DNA from: an uncultured delta proteobacterium
GTDB taxonomy: Bacteria; Myxococcota_A; Polyangia; Polyangiales; Polyangiaceae
Direction of reading: 5' to 3'
DNA: 64,000 nt
Assembly: GCA_963850305.1 (NCBI GenBank)
Contig: CAWKKR010000005.1
Location: 192,001 to 256,000, forward strand
A program made the translations under genes and the position numbers. The notes under the pieces were generated by a model. The model saw only the letters and a list, made by a program, of their open reading frames with translations, did no database searches and was not told the DNA's origin. Shown here one piece after another: positions 1-10,873 of the stretch. Positions within the stretch are counted from its first letter, which is position 1. Each line of letters starts with the position of its first letter.

Positions 1-750
1 GAGGGCGCGGTGTACGGTCCTCGCCTCGGCCGGGATGCGATCGAGGATCTCCGGGTCGCAGCGGAGGTTCGCCTTCGAAGCCGCCACGGATTCGGCGAGC
101 CGCGCAGCGGCTTTGCCCGTCGGCGCGAGGAGCAGGACGCGCGGTCTGTGACCCTCGGCAGAAAGAAGGTCCGCAACGAGCAGCGCGATGATCTTGGTCG
201 CCGTCGTCGTCTTTCCCGTCCCGGGTCCACCGGAGACGACGGTCAGCGACGACACCGCGGCAACCGTCGCCGCGATGCGCTGCCAGTCCGGAGCGGCGCC
301 CGGGTTCTCGAACAGGGAACGGAGGAGCGAGCGGAGGGCGGCCGGGTTACGCGGCTCGACGGGTCGCCCGCTTCGCTCGCGGAGCGCCCGAGCGAGCCGT
401 TGCTCGTCCACCCAGAGGCGCCGGAGGTAGAGCCAATCGCGGGCATCGAGAACCAGCGGTGTCTCATCCCCGCCTTGTCCGACCAAGGGACTGGTCGCGA
501 CCTGCGAACGCCATCCCTCCAGCGCCGGGCAGTGTCCGAGGACTTCGCCGTCGGTCGGACCGCGGAGCTCGGTGCCCGCGAGGCGGCCCAGGTCCGCGCA
601 GACGTGGCCGTCCCTGGTCGCGCGGCTGGCGAGGGCAACGGCGAGCAGGACGTCTTCGCGCGTCTCGCCCGCGAGACCACCGAGCCCGCGCGAAAGCTCG
701 ACGTCGAGCGCCGACAGGACCGCCGCTGCGCGAAGCTCCGCGAGCGTCAT
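1..750 (-). CDS. recD: Exodeoxyribonuclease V alpha subunit, 5' part (runs off window edge)
   Basis: Manual translation from ATG at 750: MTLAELRAAAVLSALDVEL...RDGHVCADL, with Walker A SGGPGTGKTT near 200-235. ATGA overlap with the recB stop. Not in the ORF track because no stop lies in the window. Confidence 0.9.
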   Translation of the reverse strand, partial: MTLAELRAAAVLSALDVELSRGLGGLAGETREDVLLAVALASRATRDGHVCADLGRLAGTELRGPTDGEVLGHCPALEGWRSQVATSPLVGQGGDETPLVLDARDWLYLRRLWVDEQRLARALRERSGRPVEPRNPAALRSLLRSLFENPGAAPDWQRIAATVAAVSSLTVVSGGPGTGKTTTATKIIALLVADLLSAEGHRPRVLLLAPTGKAAARLAESVAASKANLRCDPEILDRIPAEARTVHRAL

Positions 751-3700
751 GCGCGCCCCCCGGGAGGACCGCCGGAGAGGGCCGAGGACAGCTGCTCCAC
801 GATGTCGCGCGGCGGCAGGTCGAAGAAGACTCCGGTGTCGGGGCCTCGCGCCTTCGACAAGCCGCGCAGGAAGAGGTAGAGCGCGCCGCCCATGTGCCGG
901 TCGTAGTCGTACGCCGGTACGCGCGTCGCGAGGTGACGGTGGAGCGCGACGAGGTAGAGGTGATACTGGAGAAAGTAGTGGTGGTGCCCCATCGGCGTGA
1001 GGAGCGCCGCGGGCGCGTAGTTCGACGGCAATGGCCCGAGGTAATTGGACTTGTAATCCACGAGGTAGAAGCGACCCTCGTGTTCGAACACGAGAATCGA
1101 TGAAGCCACGCAGGAACCCCGCGAGCGGCGTGAACTCGAGCGCCCCGACGCGGTCTGCGTATCCCATCGGCAAGCCCTTGCCCTCGCGGCGTCGTAGGAC
1201 GGCGGCGACGGTGCTCGCCGTGACGGCCGCGTCGGCAACGTTCGCGGTCGGGAACGTGAACTCGAGCTCCGAGAGACGGCGCTCCGTCGCGACCCGTCCG
1301 AGGACGAGCTCCGGCTCGCGGCGGGTGAGCCGCGTTGCGAGGGCGTCGTCGAGCGCCAGCGTCACGACATCCGCGAACCGCTTCACGTCGAACCCGCCGC
1401 GACCCAGGTGCGTCGCGACGAGGCGCGGGAGCTCCTCCGGATCGCGTCGCTCGAAGTCCGCTTCCTCGAGGATCGCGTGCAATGTGTCCCCCGCGCGGGG
1501 CCCCTTCGGGAAATCGTCGAAGCAGGACCGCGGTCTCGGCCGCGGCGTCCCCCGGCAAAGGCCCTCCCGCTGCCGTATCCCCCGTCTCGGGATCCGGCTC
1601 CCGTTGGTCTTCGGGCGCGGATGCCTCGCCGTTGCTCGTGAGAGCACTGAAGCTCGACGTCCGGAACGTCGTGGAAAGTCGTCGCCTCACCGCGCGCGCG
1701 TGGAGCTCCGGGTGGGCCTCACCTTCCAGGCGGTACGGTTCGGCAGGCGCCTCGCTCGCGCGTTCGACGCAGATCGCGCCGTCCGATGCGCGCGAGAGCG
1801 CCTCCAGGTCGCGGACGATCGTGTCGTCGTCTGGAGTGGCTCCGCTGCCGCCGAGGAGCTGCGGGTGGAGCAGACGGGCGAGCGCGGACTCCTGCCAGTA
1901 CTGATACGGTCCCCAGACGACGATCGTCCGGTGCTTGGCCCGGGTGAGCGCCACGTATGCGAGCCGCAAGCCCTCCGCGAGAGCCTCGTCTCGCGCGTGG
2001 GCGAGAGCTTCGGTCTTGTCGTCCTCCGCGCGCACGTCGAGGACGAGTTCGTTGCTTCGAGTGGGATCGTGGTAGCGCAGGCGCTTCATTTCCCTTGGGA
2101 AGAGCCCCGAACTCCGCCAAAGCGACGGGAGCACGACGACCGGGTATTCGAGCCCCTTGCTCCGATGCATCGTCGTGAGCTGTACGGCGCGTTCGTCGCT
2201 CTCCAGGCGAATCTGCTGCGACTCTGCCGCCATGCCGTCGCGGGCCTCGTCATCGTGGCGGACGTCGGCGAACCACGTCAGGAGCCCGGCGATGCCCCGA
2301 TGACGCGCGGTGGCCTCCCGGTGACAGAGTTCCGTCAGATGAAGGAAGTTCGTCAACTTGCGCTCGCCCCCGACGGTTCGGAGGATCCGCGCCGCGACGT
2401 GGCGCTCGCGCATGAGTCGACGGAGCGCGATGAGAAAGCCGCGCTCGCTCCATGCTCGATGCCAGCTTGCGAAATCGCCGAGCCAGGTTTCCCAGCCGTC
2501 CTCGTCGTCGCCGAGACGGAACAGCTCGGTCGCATCCAGGCCGAGCAAGGACGTCGCGAGCGCCAATCGTACGGCGGTGGCGTTGGTCGGCTCCGCGAGG
2601 CCCTCGAGGACGAGAGCCAGCTCACGGGCCTCGGTCGTATCGAGGACGCTCGTATCACCGTGCAGCACGCTCGGGACTCCGAGGGTCCGCAGCGCGGCCT
2701 GCACGTCGTGGGCCTCCACGTTGGACCGAGTCAGCACGGCGAAGTCCCCCGGTCGGAGCGGGCGGGCCCCGCCGGACTCCTCCGGATCGTTCAGACTCGA
2801 GTCCGTGGCTTTCGAGAGTAGTCGAGCGATCTCCGCAGCGACGAGAGCAGGAACCCGCTCGGGCTTCGGCGCTCGAAGGCGTCCGTTCTCTTTCGTATCC
2901 CGCAGCGTGAGAAGCAACTGAAGCTGGCTTCCGTTAGAGCCTAGAAGCCGCAGGCGATCGCCTGCGTCGCGCGGCGTCCTCACGGGCTCGAAGCGAATCG
3001 CGTCGAGCAAGAATGGGCAGGGGTTGCTCGCGAACACGGTGTTGACGGCCCTCACCAGCGTCGGATCCGACCGGTAATTCGTGTCGAGCGTGGAGCGGGA
3101 GTCGGCGTCTTTCGCCGCGCCGAGATAAGCGAACACGTCGGCGCCACGGAACGCATAGATGGCCTGCTTCGGATCCCCGATGAGGAACAGACTGGTCTTC
3201 TTCGCGCGGTAGAGGGTGCGGAAAATCTCGTATTGGACGGGGTCCGTGTCGTGAAACTCGTCTATCAGTGCAGCGGGAAACCGACGTCGAATCGCGGCCC
3301 CGAGTGCGCGTCGGCGGGGTCCGCGCAGCGCGTCGCGAAGGGCGTGCAACACGTCGTCGAAGGACTGCGCCGACAGTGCACGGAGCCGACCCGGTAGCTC
3401 GGCGCGGACGTGCCGGATCACTTCCTGCTGCATCCCTTGCGCCCAGCGTTCGAGTGTCGCCTCCAGCGTCGCGCGGGCATCCACGAGCTCCTTACCGATC
3501 CGGAACGCGGCGTGCGTCGGCGCGATCTTGCCCTTCCGCGTCCCCGCGACGATCGCGCTCTCCGACAGCTTCACGACGTCTGCTGACCAGCCATCGAGCG
3601 AGTCCTCGGGTGCGTCGAGCGTCGCCCGCATTGCCGCGACCGCGCGCCGGCAGATCGATTCCTTGTACTCGACTCGCTTCAAGGCTTCGGAGCAAAGAAG

Positions 3701-4399
3701 AAGGTCGAGGACTACATTTTGGCTCGCCGCCCACTCCACGCGCATGCGCTCACGAATGGCTCGATACCGTTCGAAATCGCCCGGTACGTCAATCGGCCCT
3801 GTGGCAGCGACAACCGGAGCGTCCGGAAAGCGAGCGGCGAGCATGCCGAGCGCAACCAGGTCTTCCGCTCCCAGCCCGTGGGCCCGCGCATATTCGACCT
3901 CCAGGCGGCGCGCCTTCTCGAACCGGCTGTTCCAGAAGTCGTGAATGAGATCGGTCACGACGGGTTGAATGTCGGCGATCAGCTCCACATCGGGGCGGAC
4001 CCCGCCATCGAACGCGTACTCGGCCAAGATACGCTGGCAAAATCCGTGAATCGTGAGGATACCGGCTTCGTCGACTCCCGATAGTGCGCGAGCGAGCCGC
4101 TGCTGATCGGCACCCGGATCACGGCTCCGAGACAGGAGCGCCGCCAGTAACGGGTCTTTTGAAGCGCCTCGCGCGAAGGCGATGGCTGCCTCACGCAGCC
4201 TTCGGCGAATCCGGTCGCGTAATTCGGCCGTTGCGGCATTGGTGAAGGTCACCACGAGGATCTGGTCGACTTCGAGCCGTCGCTCGAGCACCAAGCGCAC
4301 GAACAACGTCGCGATCGTGTGCGTCTTGCCGGTGCCGGCGCTGGCCTCGATCAGTCGGGTGCCCGTGAGCTCGATCGCCAGCGGGTCCAGGGCAGTCAT
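747..4399 (-). CDS. recB: Exodeoxyribonuclease V beta subunit (apparent frameshifts at ~1520 and ~1096)
   Basis: IEASAGTGKT, VTFTNAATAELRDRIR, IGDPKQAIYAFRGAD, TMHRSKGLEY, YVALTRA. The nuclease domain (FPKGPRAGDTLHAILE, GFID-LVFEHEGRFYLVDYKSN) is recovered in shifted frames. Confidence 0.93.
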
Positions 4400-7300
4400 C
4401 CTTGCTCCCTCTGCGACCAGCGTAGAAACGGCTCGAATATCGCGATCGCGAGTTCCGCGAAGGAAGGGAGACCGAGCGACTTCTCGGCGTCGAAGGGAAC
4501 GATCCGCGCGTCGAACGGATCCTCGAACTCGAAGAGCCGGCGGACGTACACGTCCTCGCCGTCGCGGAAAGCATTCCGTTTGTCCGTATACAGCTTGCGT
4601 GCACCGTCGAGGGCAATACGCTCGGCGTCCTCTTTGCCTCCGGCCGCCAGACAGATCTTGGCGTACTCGAACGACGCGGCCGGAAAAAAGCAGAGCGGCG
4701 CCCGCTGGCCGAGCGCGTGAAGGTGCAGGATCGTCCCGAGGTACCGACGCGCTTCCTCCATCGGAACCTTGGCGAACACACGCGACCCGACTATTCCGTC
4801 GGCGTCATGAGCAGCGCGGCCGAGCACGACCGTTTCACGGGCCGCTGGTGTGCACGCGAGCGCGAGATGTCTCACCCACGCCGCGAGCTCCGTTCTCGGC
4901 TTGAGTCGCGCAAATCGTACGAAGACCTGTCCCTTCGCGTAAAGCTCGCGGAGCACGCCGGTCAGCAATGTCCCGTCGACGTCGAGCGCGACTTCCGTTG
5001 GCGATGCGCGCCCGCCGTCGCGCCGGAGCCGTGCGGCGTCGTGCAGCGCGAAGACCTCCGCCAGGACGTGCTCGGCATCCACGTCTCCCGGAGTACCGAT
5101 GGGTAGGAGACCGAGCAGCCGAGCGCTGGAGCACGCCTCGCGGAGCGATTCGCCCGCGAGCGCGCGCTCGAAGAGCCGCGCGCCGACCTCGTGCGCACCG
5201 AGCGGAGCGAGTTCGATGGGCTCGCGATCCGAGATCAGGAGCGGGTCGTCCGTCAGCACCACGCCTAGACGGCGCTGAATCAACGCGCGCGCCGGGTTCT
5301 CGAGAAATCGAGCGAGCGCGTCCAGATCCACCGGCCCCGTTTCGGGCGCGACGAGCGGTGCAACATGGAAGCGCGCAGTTGCTCCCGCGGATGTGAGCAA
5401 TGCCCTTGCACCCTCCGCGTCGGCGGGATCATGGCCGAAGAGTCGCGTGTCGTCGTCGGCGCCGAAGTAGCGTGGGCTGAATGCTTGCAGGGGGTGCCCG
5501 AGGAGCACGTGCTGGACGACGTCATCTCCGTCGAGCTCTGCGGCGAACGACAAGGAGAGCTGTCGGCGAGGGTCGCCTGTGGCGTACGTTGCGTGAAGGG
5601 AGTCGAGAAGCTCCGCGACGACGACGGAGGGCGGCAAGGTGGCGTTGTCGTGCGCTGCGCGCCCCACGTACGAAAGGAGGAGGCGGCTTCGCGCAGAGAG
5701 CAAGCCGTCGAGGAAGAGCTGGCGATCTTCGTCGCGGGCGGAGCGATCGCCCGGCTCCGGCTGGCAAAAGATCAGATCGAACGCGGGCGCGTGATCGCGC
5801 CGCGGGAACTGCGCGTCGGAAAGGCCGAGAATGCACACCATCTTGAATGGGATGCTGCGCATCGGAAGGAGCGCGGAGAACGTGACGCCCCCCGAAAGAA
5901 AGCCGCGTGCGGCTTGCTTCGAGCCAAGTTCGAAGCGAAGAGCGAGCGTCACGGTGCGACAGTCGATCGGGCGATCGTAGCGGGCGCGAGTGACCTGTCG
6001 CGCGAGCGTGTCGAGCCAGCGTCGGACACTGCGCACGTCCGCGGTGCGAGCTTCCCCGGAAGGCGCGAACGCATCGACGAGGCGGCCCAGGACGACACTC
6101 CACTCCGCGGGAGAGCGCATCTCGCCGAGGATTCGTCGCCACTCGAAGAGCGTCGAGGCGAACTCCGACAGCTTGCCGACGAGATCGGCGGACTCGCTCG
6201 TCCCCGTGGCAACCGGCGAACGGTCGCAGAACGGCTTGCCCTCCGCTCCCACTGCTTGTCCGAGAAGCAGTCTCTCTAGCCCGAACTTCCAGGTGTTCTC
6301 CGCCCGCCTCGGCTGACCGCTCTCCTCTCGATGGAAGCCGTCGATTCCCCATCGGATGCCGGAGCCCTGTACCAGACGACGAACCTCCGGGAGCTCCGAC
6401 GCCTGGATCCCGAACCGCTCGCAGATGGGTTCGAGCTGGAGCAGGTCGAGGACGTCGCTTGCCCGGAATCGTCCGTCGGAGATTTCGAGCACGCGCAGGA
6501 GAGCTTCCGCGACGAGATTGGCCGCTGCCATACTCCGATCCGCGATGCGGTATGGGATGAAGCCTGGTGCGGTCGGGTCGGTGCCGAACACGGTGTCGAC
6601 GAGGGGCGCATACTCGTCGATGTCGGGCGCCATGACGATGACATGGTGCGGTTCGAGAGACGGATCTGCCTCGAAGGCTGCGAGCAGCTGGTCCCGGAGT
6701 ACTTCGACCTCCCGCATCGGTCCGTGGCACGAATGGACCGAGAGCGACGTGTCGTCGGAGCGAATCGGCGTGCCGCCTCGAGACTTCGCGCCGTGCGGAC
6801 GGCCCGCCAGAAGGTCTGACTGCAAGACGGCGAGTATCGATCGCGCCCCGGGCTCGACGAAGTGATCTACGATCGCCGCGTGCGGCGCCTCTTCGCGGAG
6901 GAGCCGCTCGAAATCCTTGCTCATCGAACCGAGGGATGCGACGAGCGGATGCTCCGCCCTTCGGTCGTGCGATGCACGGAGCAGAAAAAGGTGAACGTCG
7001 CGCTCGTGGGAGAGATGGGAAAGAACGCGAAGATAGATTCGCGGGAGCGCGGAGGCGCCGAACACGGAGACCCGCGGAGGTGCCGTCTTCGGAATCGACG
7101 AGGCGAGAAAGCGCGCTGCTCGGGTGGCGATGTGCGAGGAACCGTGCCGTTCGATCAGCGCGCGCCACAGATCGGGTTGAAAACCGCGACCTGCACCGCG
7201 CTCCCAGGCAAGAACGAGCTCGGGTCGATACACGGCGTACTGGTCGAACACGTTCGCGATTTGACTCGCAAGCTCGAATCGATCGAGCGCGCTATCCCCG

Positions 7301-7644
7301 CGCAGACAATTGGCGAGCGCTTCGGCGCCTGGTCTCTGCGCGATGTCCGGCAGGAGCTCGGCGATCGACCAGCGGAGGCACGCCGGCGCGAACGCCTCGG
7401 CGGCCTCGACATCCGGGTTCGCCTCGACGAGAAGCTGGTCGACGAAGGCGCGAGGGAAAGGAAAGCGCGCGTTTGCCCAGACGCCCAGATGGTTCGAGAG
7501 CTCCTGCGAGAGCCAGCGCTCCATACCCTGGCTCGACACGACGATGTGTTCCGTCGTCAGCGCCGAGCCGAGTGGGGTCCGAACCACGTCCGCGAGTGCG
7601 CGGACGAGCTCTTCGTTACGGTTGCTGCGGTGAATGAAGAACAA
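4396..7644 (-). CDS. recC: Exodeoxyribonuclease V gamma subunit
   Basis: HRSNRNEEL, GMERWL, FDQYAVYRP, HSCHGPMREVEVL, LLPMRSIPFK, HPLQAFS. Overlaps the recB start. Start uncertain (7644 TTG or 7683). Confidence 0.93.
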   Translation of the reverse strand: MFFIHRSNRNEELVRALADVVRTPLGSALTTEHIVVSSQGMERWLSQELSNHLGVWANARFPFPRAFVDQLLVEANPDVEAAEAFAPACLRWSIAELLPDIAQRPGAEALANCLRGDSALDRFELASQIANVFDQYAVYRPELVLAWERGAGRGFQPDLWRALIERHGSSHIATRAARFLASSIPKTAPPRVSVFGASALPRIYLRVLSHLSHERDVHLFLLRASHDRRAEHPLVASLGSMSKDFERLLREEAPHAAIVDHFVEPGARSILAVLQSDLLAGRPHGAKSRGGTPIRSDDTSLSVHSCHGPMREVEVLRDQLLAAFEADPSLEPHHVIVMAPDIDEYAPLVDTVFGTDPTAPGFIPYRIADRSMAAANLVAEALLRVLEISDGRFRASDVLDLLQLEPICERFGIQASELPEVRRLVQGSGIRWGIDGFHREESGQPRRAENTWKFGLERLLLGQAVGAEGKPFCDRSPVATGTSESADLVGKLSEFASTLFEWRRILGEMRSPAEWSVVLGRLVDAFAPSGEARTADVRSVRRWLDTLARQVTRARYDRPIDCRTVTLALRFELGSKQAARGFLSGGVTFSALLPMRSIPFKMVCILGLSDAQFPRRDHAPAFDLIFCQPEPGDRSARDEDRQLFLDGLLSARSRLLLSYVGRAAHDNATLPPSVVVAELLDSLHATYATGDPRRQLSLSFAAELDGDDVVQHVLLGHPLQAFSPRYFGADDDTRLFGHDPADAEGARALLTSAGATARFHVAPLVAPETGPVDLDALARFLENPARALIQRRLGVVLTDDPLLISDREPIELAPLGAHEVGARLFERALAGESLREACSSARLLGLLPIGTPGDVDAEHVLAEVFALHDAARLRRDGGRASPTEVALDVDGTLLTGVLRELYAKGQVFVRFARLKPRTELAAWVRHLALACTPAARETVVLGRAAHDADGIVGSRVFAKVPMEEARRYLGTILHLHALGQRAPLCFFPAASFEYAKICLAAGGKEDAERIALDGARKLYTDKRNAFRDGEDVYVRRLFEFEDPFDARIVPFDAEKSLGLPSFAELAIAIFEPFLRWSQREQG

Positions 7645-7731
7645 GGGTTTGCCCGAGATACGTCGTGCAGCCCTCCCCTTCAAGGGACGGGGACACGGTA
7701 TGTCAGCTCTGCGAGTTCGCCCCGGTGGGCG

Positions 7732-8124
7732 TCACTTCACGAGCGCGGATACCGGTGCCGCTGTGCCGGGCTCCGCTGAATCGGGGGGGGCCATGGAGCA
7801 AGTGCCGGAGAATTGCACGCCTTTGTCCATGAATATCTCGGGCGCATGGAGCGTCCCGTTCACGATCGCCGGGACATAGAGCTCGATCGACTGCGTCGCG
7901 CGGACGTTCGCACGCACTACGCCGCCCTTGATGATGACGCTCCCCGCGTCGATCTCGCCATCGACTTCCGCACCGTCGCCGATGACCAGGATATCCGAGC
8001 TCCGAATTTCACCCCGGAATTGCCCATCTATCCTCACCCGGCCCTCGAAATGGAGCTTTCCCTCGAAGCTCGTTCCGGTCCCGAGGAGCGCGGTGATCTC
8101 GGTTGCAGGGAGCGACACGGCCAT
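7732..8124 (-). CDS. Bactofilin / polymer-forming cytoskeletal protein
   Basis: LLGTGTSFEGKLHFEGRVRIDGQFRGEI...GVQFSGTCSM beta-helix pattern. Confidence 0.9.
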   Translation of the reverse strand: MAVSLPATEITALLGTGTSFEGKLHFEGRVRIDGQFRGEIRSSDILVIGDGAEVDGEIDAGSVIIKGGVVRANVRATQSIELYVPAIVNGTLHAPEIFMDKGVQFSGTCSMAPPDSAEPGTAAPVSALVK

Positions 8125-8182
8125 TTCGCGCGCAGCTTACAACAGTTCGTCCTGTGCAGCGTCAATGGTTCGATGGACAATC

Positions 8183-10039
8183 GTGACGCATGTCTTTCGC
8201 CCGGGTCGCTTGGTGCTCCGCGCGTCCGGCGTGAGCGTCGCGTTCGCCGTCGCCCTGACGGCCAGCGTCGAAGCGGCACCGGTGGAACCGACGACCGTTT
8301 CTGGCGTCGCGAGCTCCGCCGCAGAGTTTCGGGCGGACCGTCTCGAGCTGGATCCGCGCCTCTCCCGGCTGACCCTGACCGGGCACGTAGTCATCGCGGT
8401 CGACCGCTATCGCTTGACGAGTGACCATCTCGATGTCGCGCGCGGCGCGAAAGGCATCGCGATCTCCGGGGGCGGTAGCGTCGCGCTCTGCGGCTGTCCG
8501 AACCCGCCCGTGACGTTGGGCTTTGCTTCCGCCTGGGTCGCGCCGCCCACGGATTTGTTCCTCACGCAACCAACCGTGCGCGTCGCGGGGGTGCCAGTGC
8601 TGTGGCTCCCGTATCTCTGGCTCCGCTCACCGGCGAGCGTCGGTGTGCTGCCGCTGACACTTGCGTGGCGCGGTGAGGATGGCCTCCTGCTCGGGTCGGG
8701 CATTCATGTGCCGCTGTCGCAAGCGACGGCGCTCGACCTCAGCGCGGCCTTCTACGCCAAGGGTGGCGCCGACGTAGAGGCGCGGCTCCTGACTCCGCGG
8801 ACGTCGACGGTGGTACGCTGGGATTACCTCCGCGAGGGCGCGCTCGCCGCGGATCTCGGAGGGTCGAGCGAGGCCGTCGAGGGCGCGACGGTTGCGTGGA
8901 GCGTCGATGCGCTGCGCGGGGCTCGAGCCCTGACCGGACCATCACTGCTGGAGGACGTCGCGCTTCGTCAAGATCGGGCGCGCGTCGCCGCGGGGTGGAC
9001 CGATGGCGCGACGATCGCGGGGGTTCGATTCGTTGCGGACGCCGTTCGCGGCGGCGCGGCGGACAGCCTGGGGTCGGTCGGGCCCGGAGCCTTTGCGGGA
9101 ATTGGGGGGGCCATCGGCCCGCTCGGGCAGGGGAAGCTCGACGTCGGAGTCGTCTCATTGCAGGGGGCATCGCCGTTCGCCACGACGTTGCTCTCCACGC
9201 ATGGGCAGGTACGCGCGGACCTACGCGAGGGCCCGCTGCTCCTGGGGCTCTCGGGGAACGCCCGAGGGATCGCGACCCTCGACGACGTCAGGGCGGGGTA
9301 CTCCGGCGCGGCCGGTATCGGAGCAGACGCGGAACTCCCGTTGATGCGAACCTTCGGCGACGGATCGCTCCAGCACTTCATCGTGCCGATCATCTCGGGC
9401 TTCTCCGGGTTCTCCGAGACTCGCTCTCCGTCCATCGCCACGCCGATCTCCGACAATGGCCCTTTCTATGCCGCGTCCGCCGGGCTTCGCACGACCCTCG
9501 GGGAAGCGTGGGGTTCGCGCGACGCCGTCACCGCGTCGTTGCGTGGCGGTGCTCTCGGCGTCGGCGATAGTCGAGCGCGGAGTGCGTTTGCCTGGGCCGC
9601 CGGGGGCCAGACTCGCCTTCTCGCTCTCGAGAGCCAGGGCGTCGTCGTTGGAGGCTCGCCAGCGTCGATCGCGCTGTTCAATGTCCGGATTGGAGACCTG
9701 GCGGGGCCCTTCGTGGCGACGCGGGCCGCCGAGCAAAAAGGGGCTGTTCCCGTCCTGGGTCGAATTCTCGCCGGGGGTTGGGACGCTCCCGGGGCATCGT
9801 GGCTCGCTCCGAACGATGGCTGGTCCGTCGGCGGTGCAATCGGGTTCCCCTGGACAAAATGGCTCAGCACCGGCGTGGACGCGGACTACGACCTCGCCGA
9901 TCACGTGTGGCTCGGAACGCGCGGAACGCTGGCGTATCGCCATCCGTGTGGTTGTCTGGGTGTGACGATGTGGGGTGGCCACCGCGCCGGCAGGCGCGGA
10001 GTGGATTCCTGGCTCACGGTGGATCTCGAGCGCCCGTGA
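8183..10039 (+). CDS. LptD-like outer-membrane protein (divergent)
   Basis: Signal-like N-terminus, FRADRL, SLCGC, VAGVPVLWLPYL (LptD-type VPVFYLPY), beta-strand-rich body and C-terminal YRHPCGC. Start uncertain. Confidence 0.6.
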   Translation: MTHVFRPGRLVLRASGVSVAFAVALTASVEAAPVEPTTVSGVASSAAEFRADRLELDPRLSRLTLTGHVVIAVDRYRLTSDHLDVARGAKGIAISGGGSVALCGCPNPPVTLGFASAWVAPPTDLFLTQPTVRVAGVPVLWLPYLWLRSPASVGVLPLTLAWRGEDGLLLGSGIHVPLSQATALDLSAAFYAKGGADVEARLLTPRTSTVVRWDYLREGALAADLGGSSEAVEGATVAWSVDALRGARALTGPSLLEDVALRQDRARVAAGWTDGATIAGVRFVADAVRGGAADSLGSVGPGAFAGIGGAIGPLGQGKLDVGVVSLQGASPFATTLLSTHGQVRADLREGPLLLGLSGNARGIATLDDVRAGYSGAAGIGADAELPLMRTFGDGSLQHFIVPIISGFSGFSETRSPSIATPISDNGPFYAASAGLRTTLGEAWGSRDAVTASLRGGALGVGDSRARSAFAWAAGGQTRLLALESQGVVVGGSPASIALFNVRIGDLAGPFVATRAAEQKGAVPVLGRILAGGWDAPGASWLAPNDGWSVGGAIGFPWTKWLSTGVDADYDLADHVWLGTRGTLAYRHPCGCLGVTMWGGHRAGRRGVDSWLTVDLERP

Positions 10040-10809
10040 TGGATGTCGCGATCGACATGGCAATCGGTTACTGTAGAAAGTTCGTGTCGAACTCTCGGAT
10101 CCGCACCGGTGGCGCTCTGGAAGAGCGGGCAGACACGGCTCCCGTTCGCCTCGTGGTCGGCCCGGTCCGCGTGCTGATCGTCGAGCCCGATGCGATGGTC
10201 CGTCGCACGCTGTCGCAGTGGCTGTCCGGGCGAGGGATCCATGTGATGGCGAAGGAAGATGCCGCGTCCGCGGTCGACGCGGTCGATGCGGGCGATGCGT
10301 ACGTCGCGCTGATCGACCTGACGGAACCGGAGGCTGGCGGCAGCGCGTTGCTCGAGCGCATCGTGACAGCGGGCATGGACCTGCAGGTCGTTGCGATGAC
10401 GGCGGCGGGTGACGCACGAGCGGGCGTCCGGGCCGTTCGTGCGGGGGCGTATCACTTCGTCGAGAAGCCCTTCCGGTCGAGCGACGAGGTGTTGCTCGTC
10501 GTGGAGAAAGCCGCAGAGCGACGCACCCTTATCCTTCGTAACCGCTCGCTTGCGGAGCGGCTCGACGAGCACAGCGGTGAGCCTTCCGGGGTGCCGCCCC
10601 TGAACGCCCCGACCACGGCTGACTGGCCCCTGGGCTTGCCGTATCGCCAGGCCAAGCGTCGCGCCATTGCGGCCTTCGAGATGGCCTATTTCGAAGCCGT
10701 GCTCCGGGTCACGCGCGGCAACGTGTCCGAGGCGGCGCGCCGCGCCGGTCTGGACCGTTCGAACTTCCGGCGTGCCGCGCGGCGCGCCGGCGTCACGTCG
10801 CGCGATTGA
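10039..10809 (+). CDS. Response regulator: receiver domain + Fis-type HTH, no AAA+ domain
   Basis: RVLIVEPD, LIDL, VAMTA, FVEKPF, then AKRRAIAAFE...GNVSEAARRAGLDRSNFRR. Start uncertain. Confidence 0.85.
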   Translation: MDVAIDMAIGYCRKFVSNSRIRTGGALEERADTAPVRLVVGPVRVLIVEPDAMVRRTLSQWLSGRGIHVMAKEDAASAVDAVDAGDAYVALIDLTEPEAGGSALLERIVTAGMDLQVVAMTAAGDARAGVRAVRAGAYHFVEKPFRSSDEVLLVVEKAAERRTLILRNRSLAERLDEHSGEPSGVPPLNAPTTADWPLGLPYRQAKRRAIAAFEMAYFEAVLRVTRGNVSEAARRAGLDRSNFRRAARRAGVTSRD

Positions 10810-10873
10810 TTCGGTATCGACGGGGGACATTCGACGGTCGACGCCCAGAAATCGCGCTAGGCTCGCCCCCGAA

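Noticed and set aside
464..1520. Arg-rich C-terminus of the 1311-aa RecB ORF, suggesting a nuclease-less RecB
   Set aside because: The nuclease motifs are present in alternate frames after two single-base indels.
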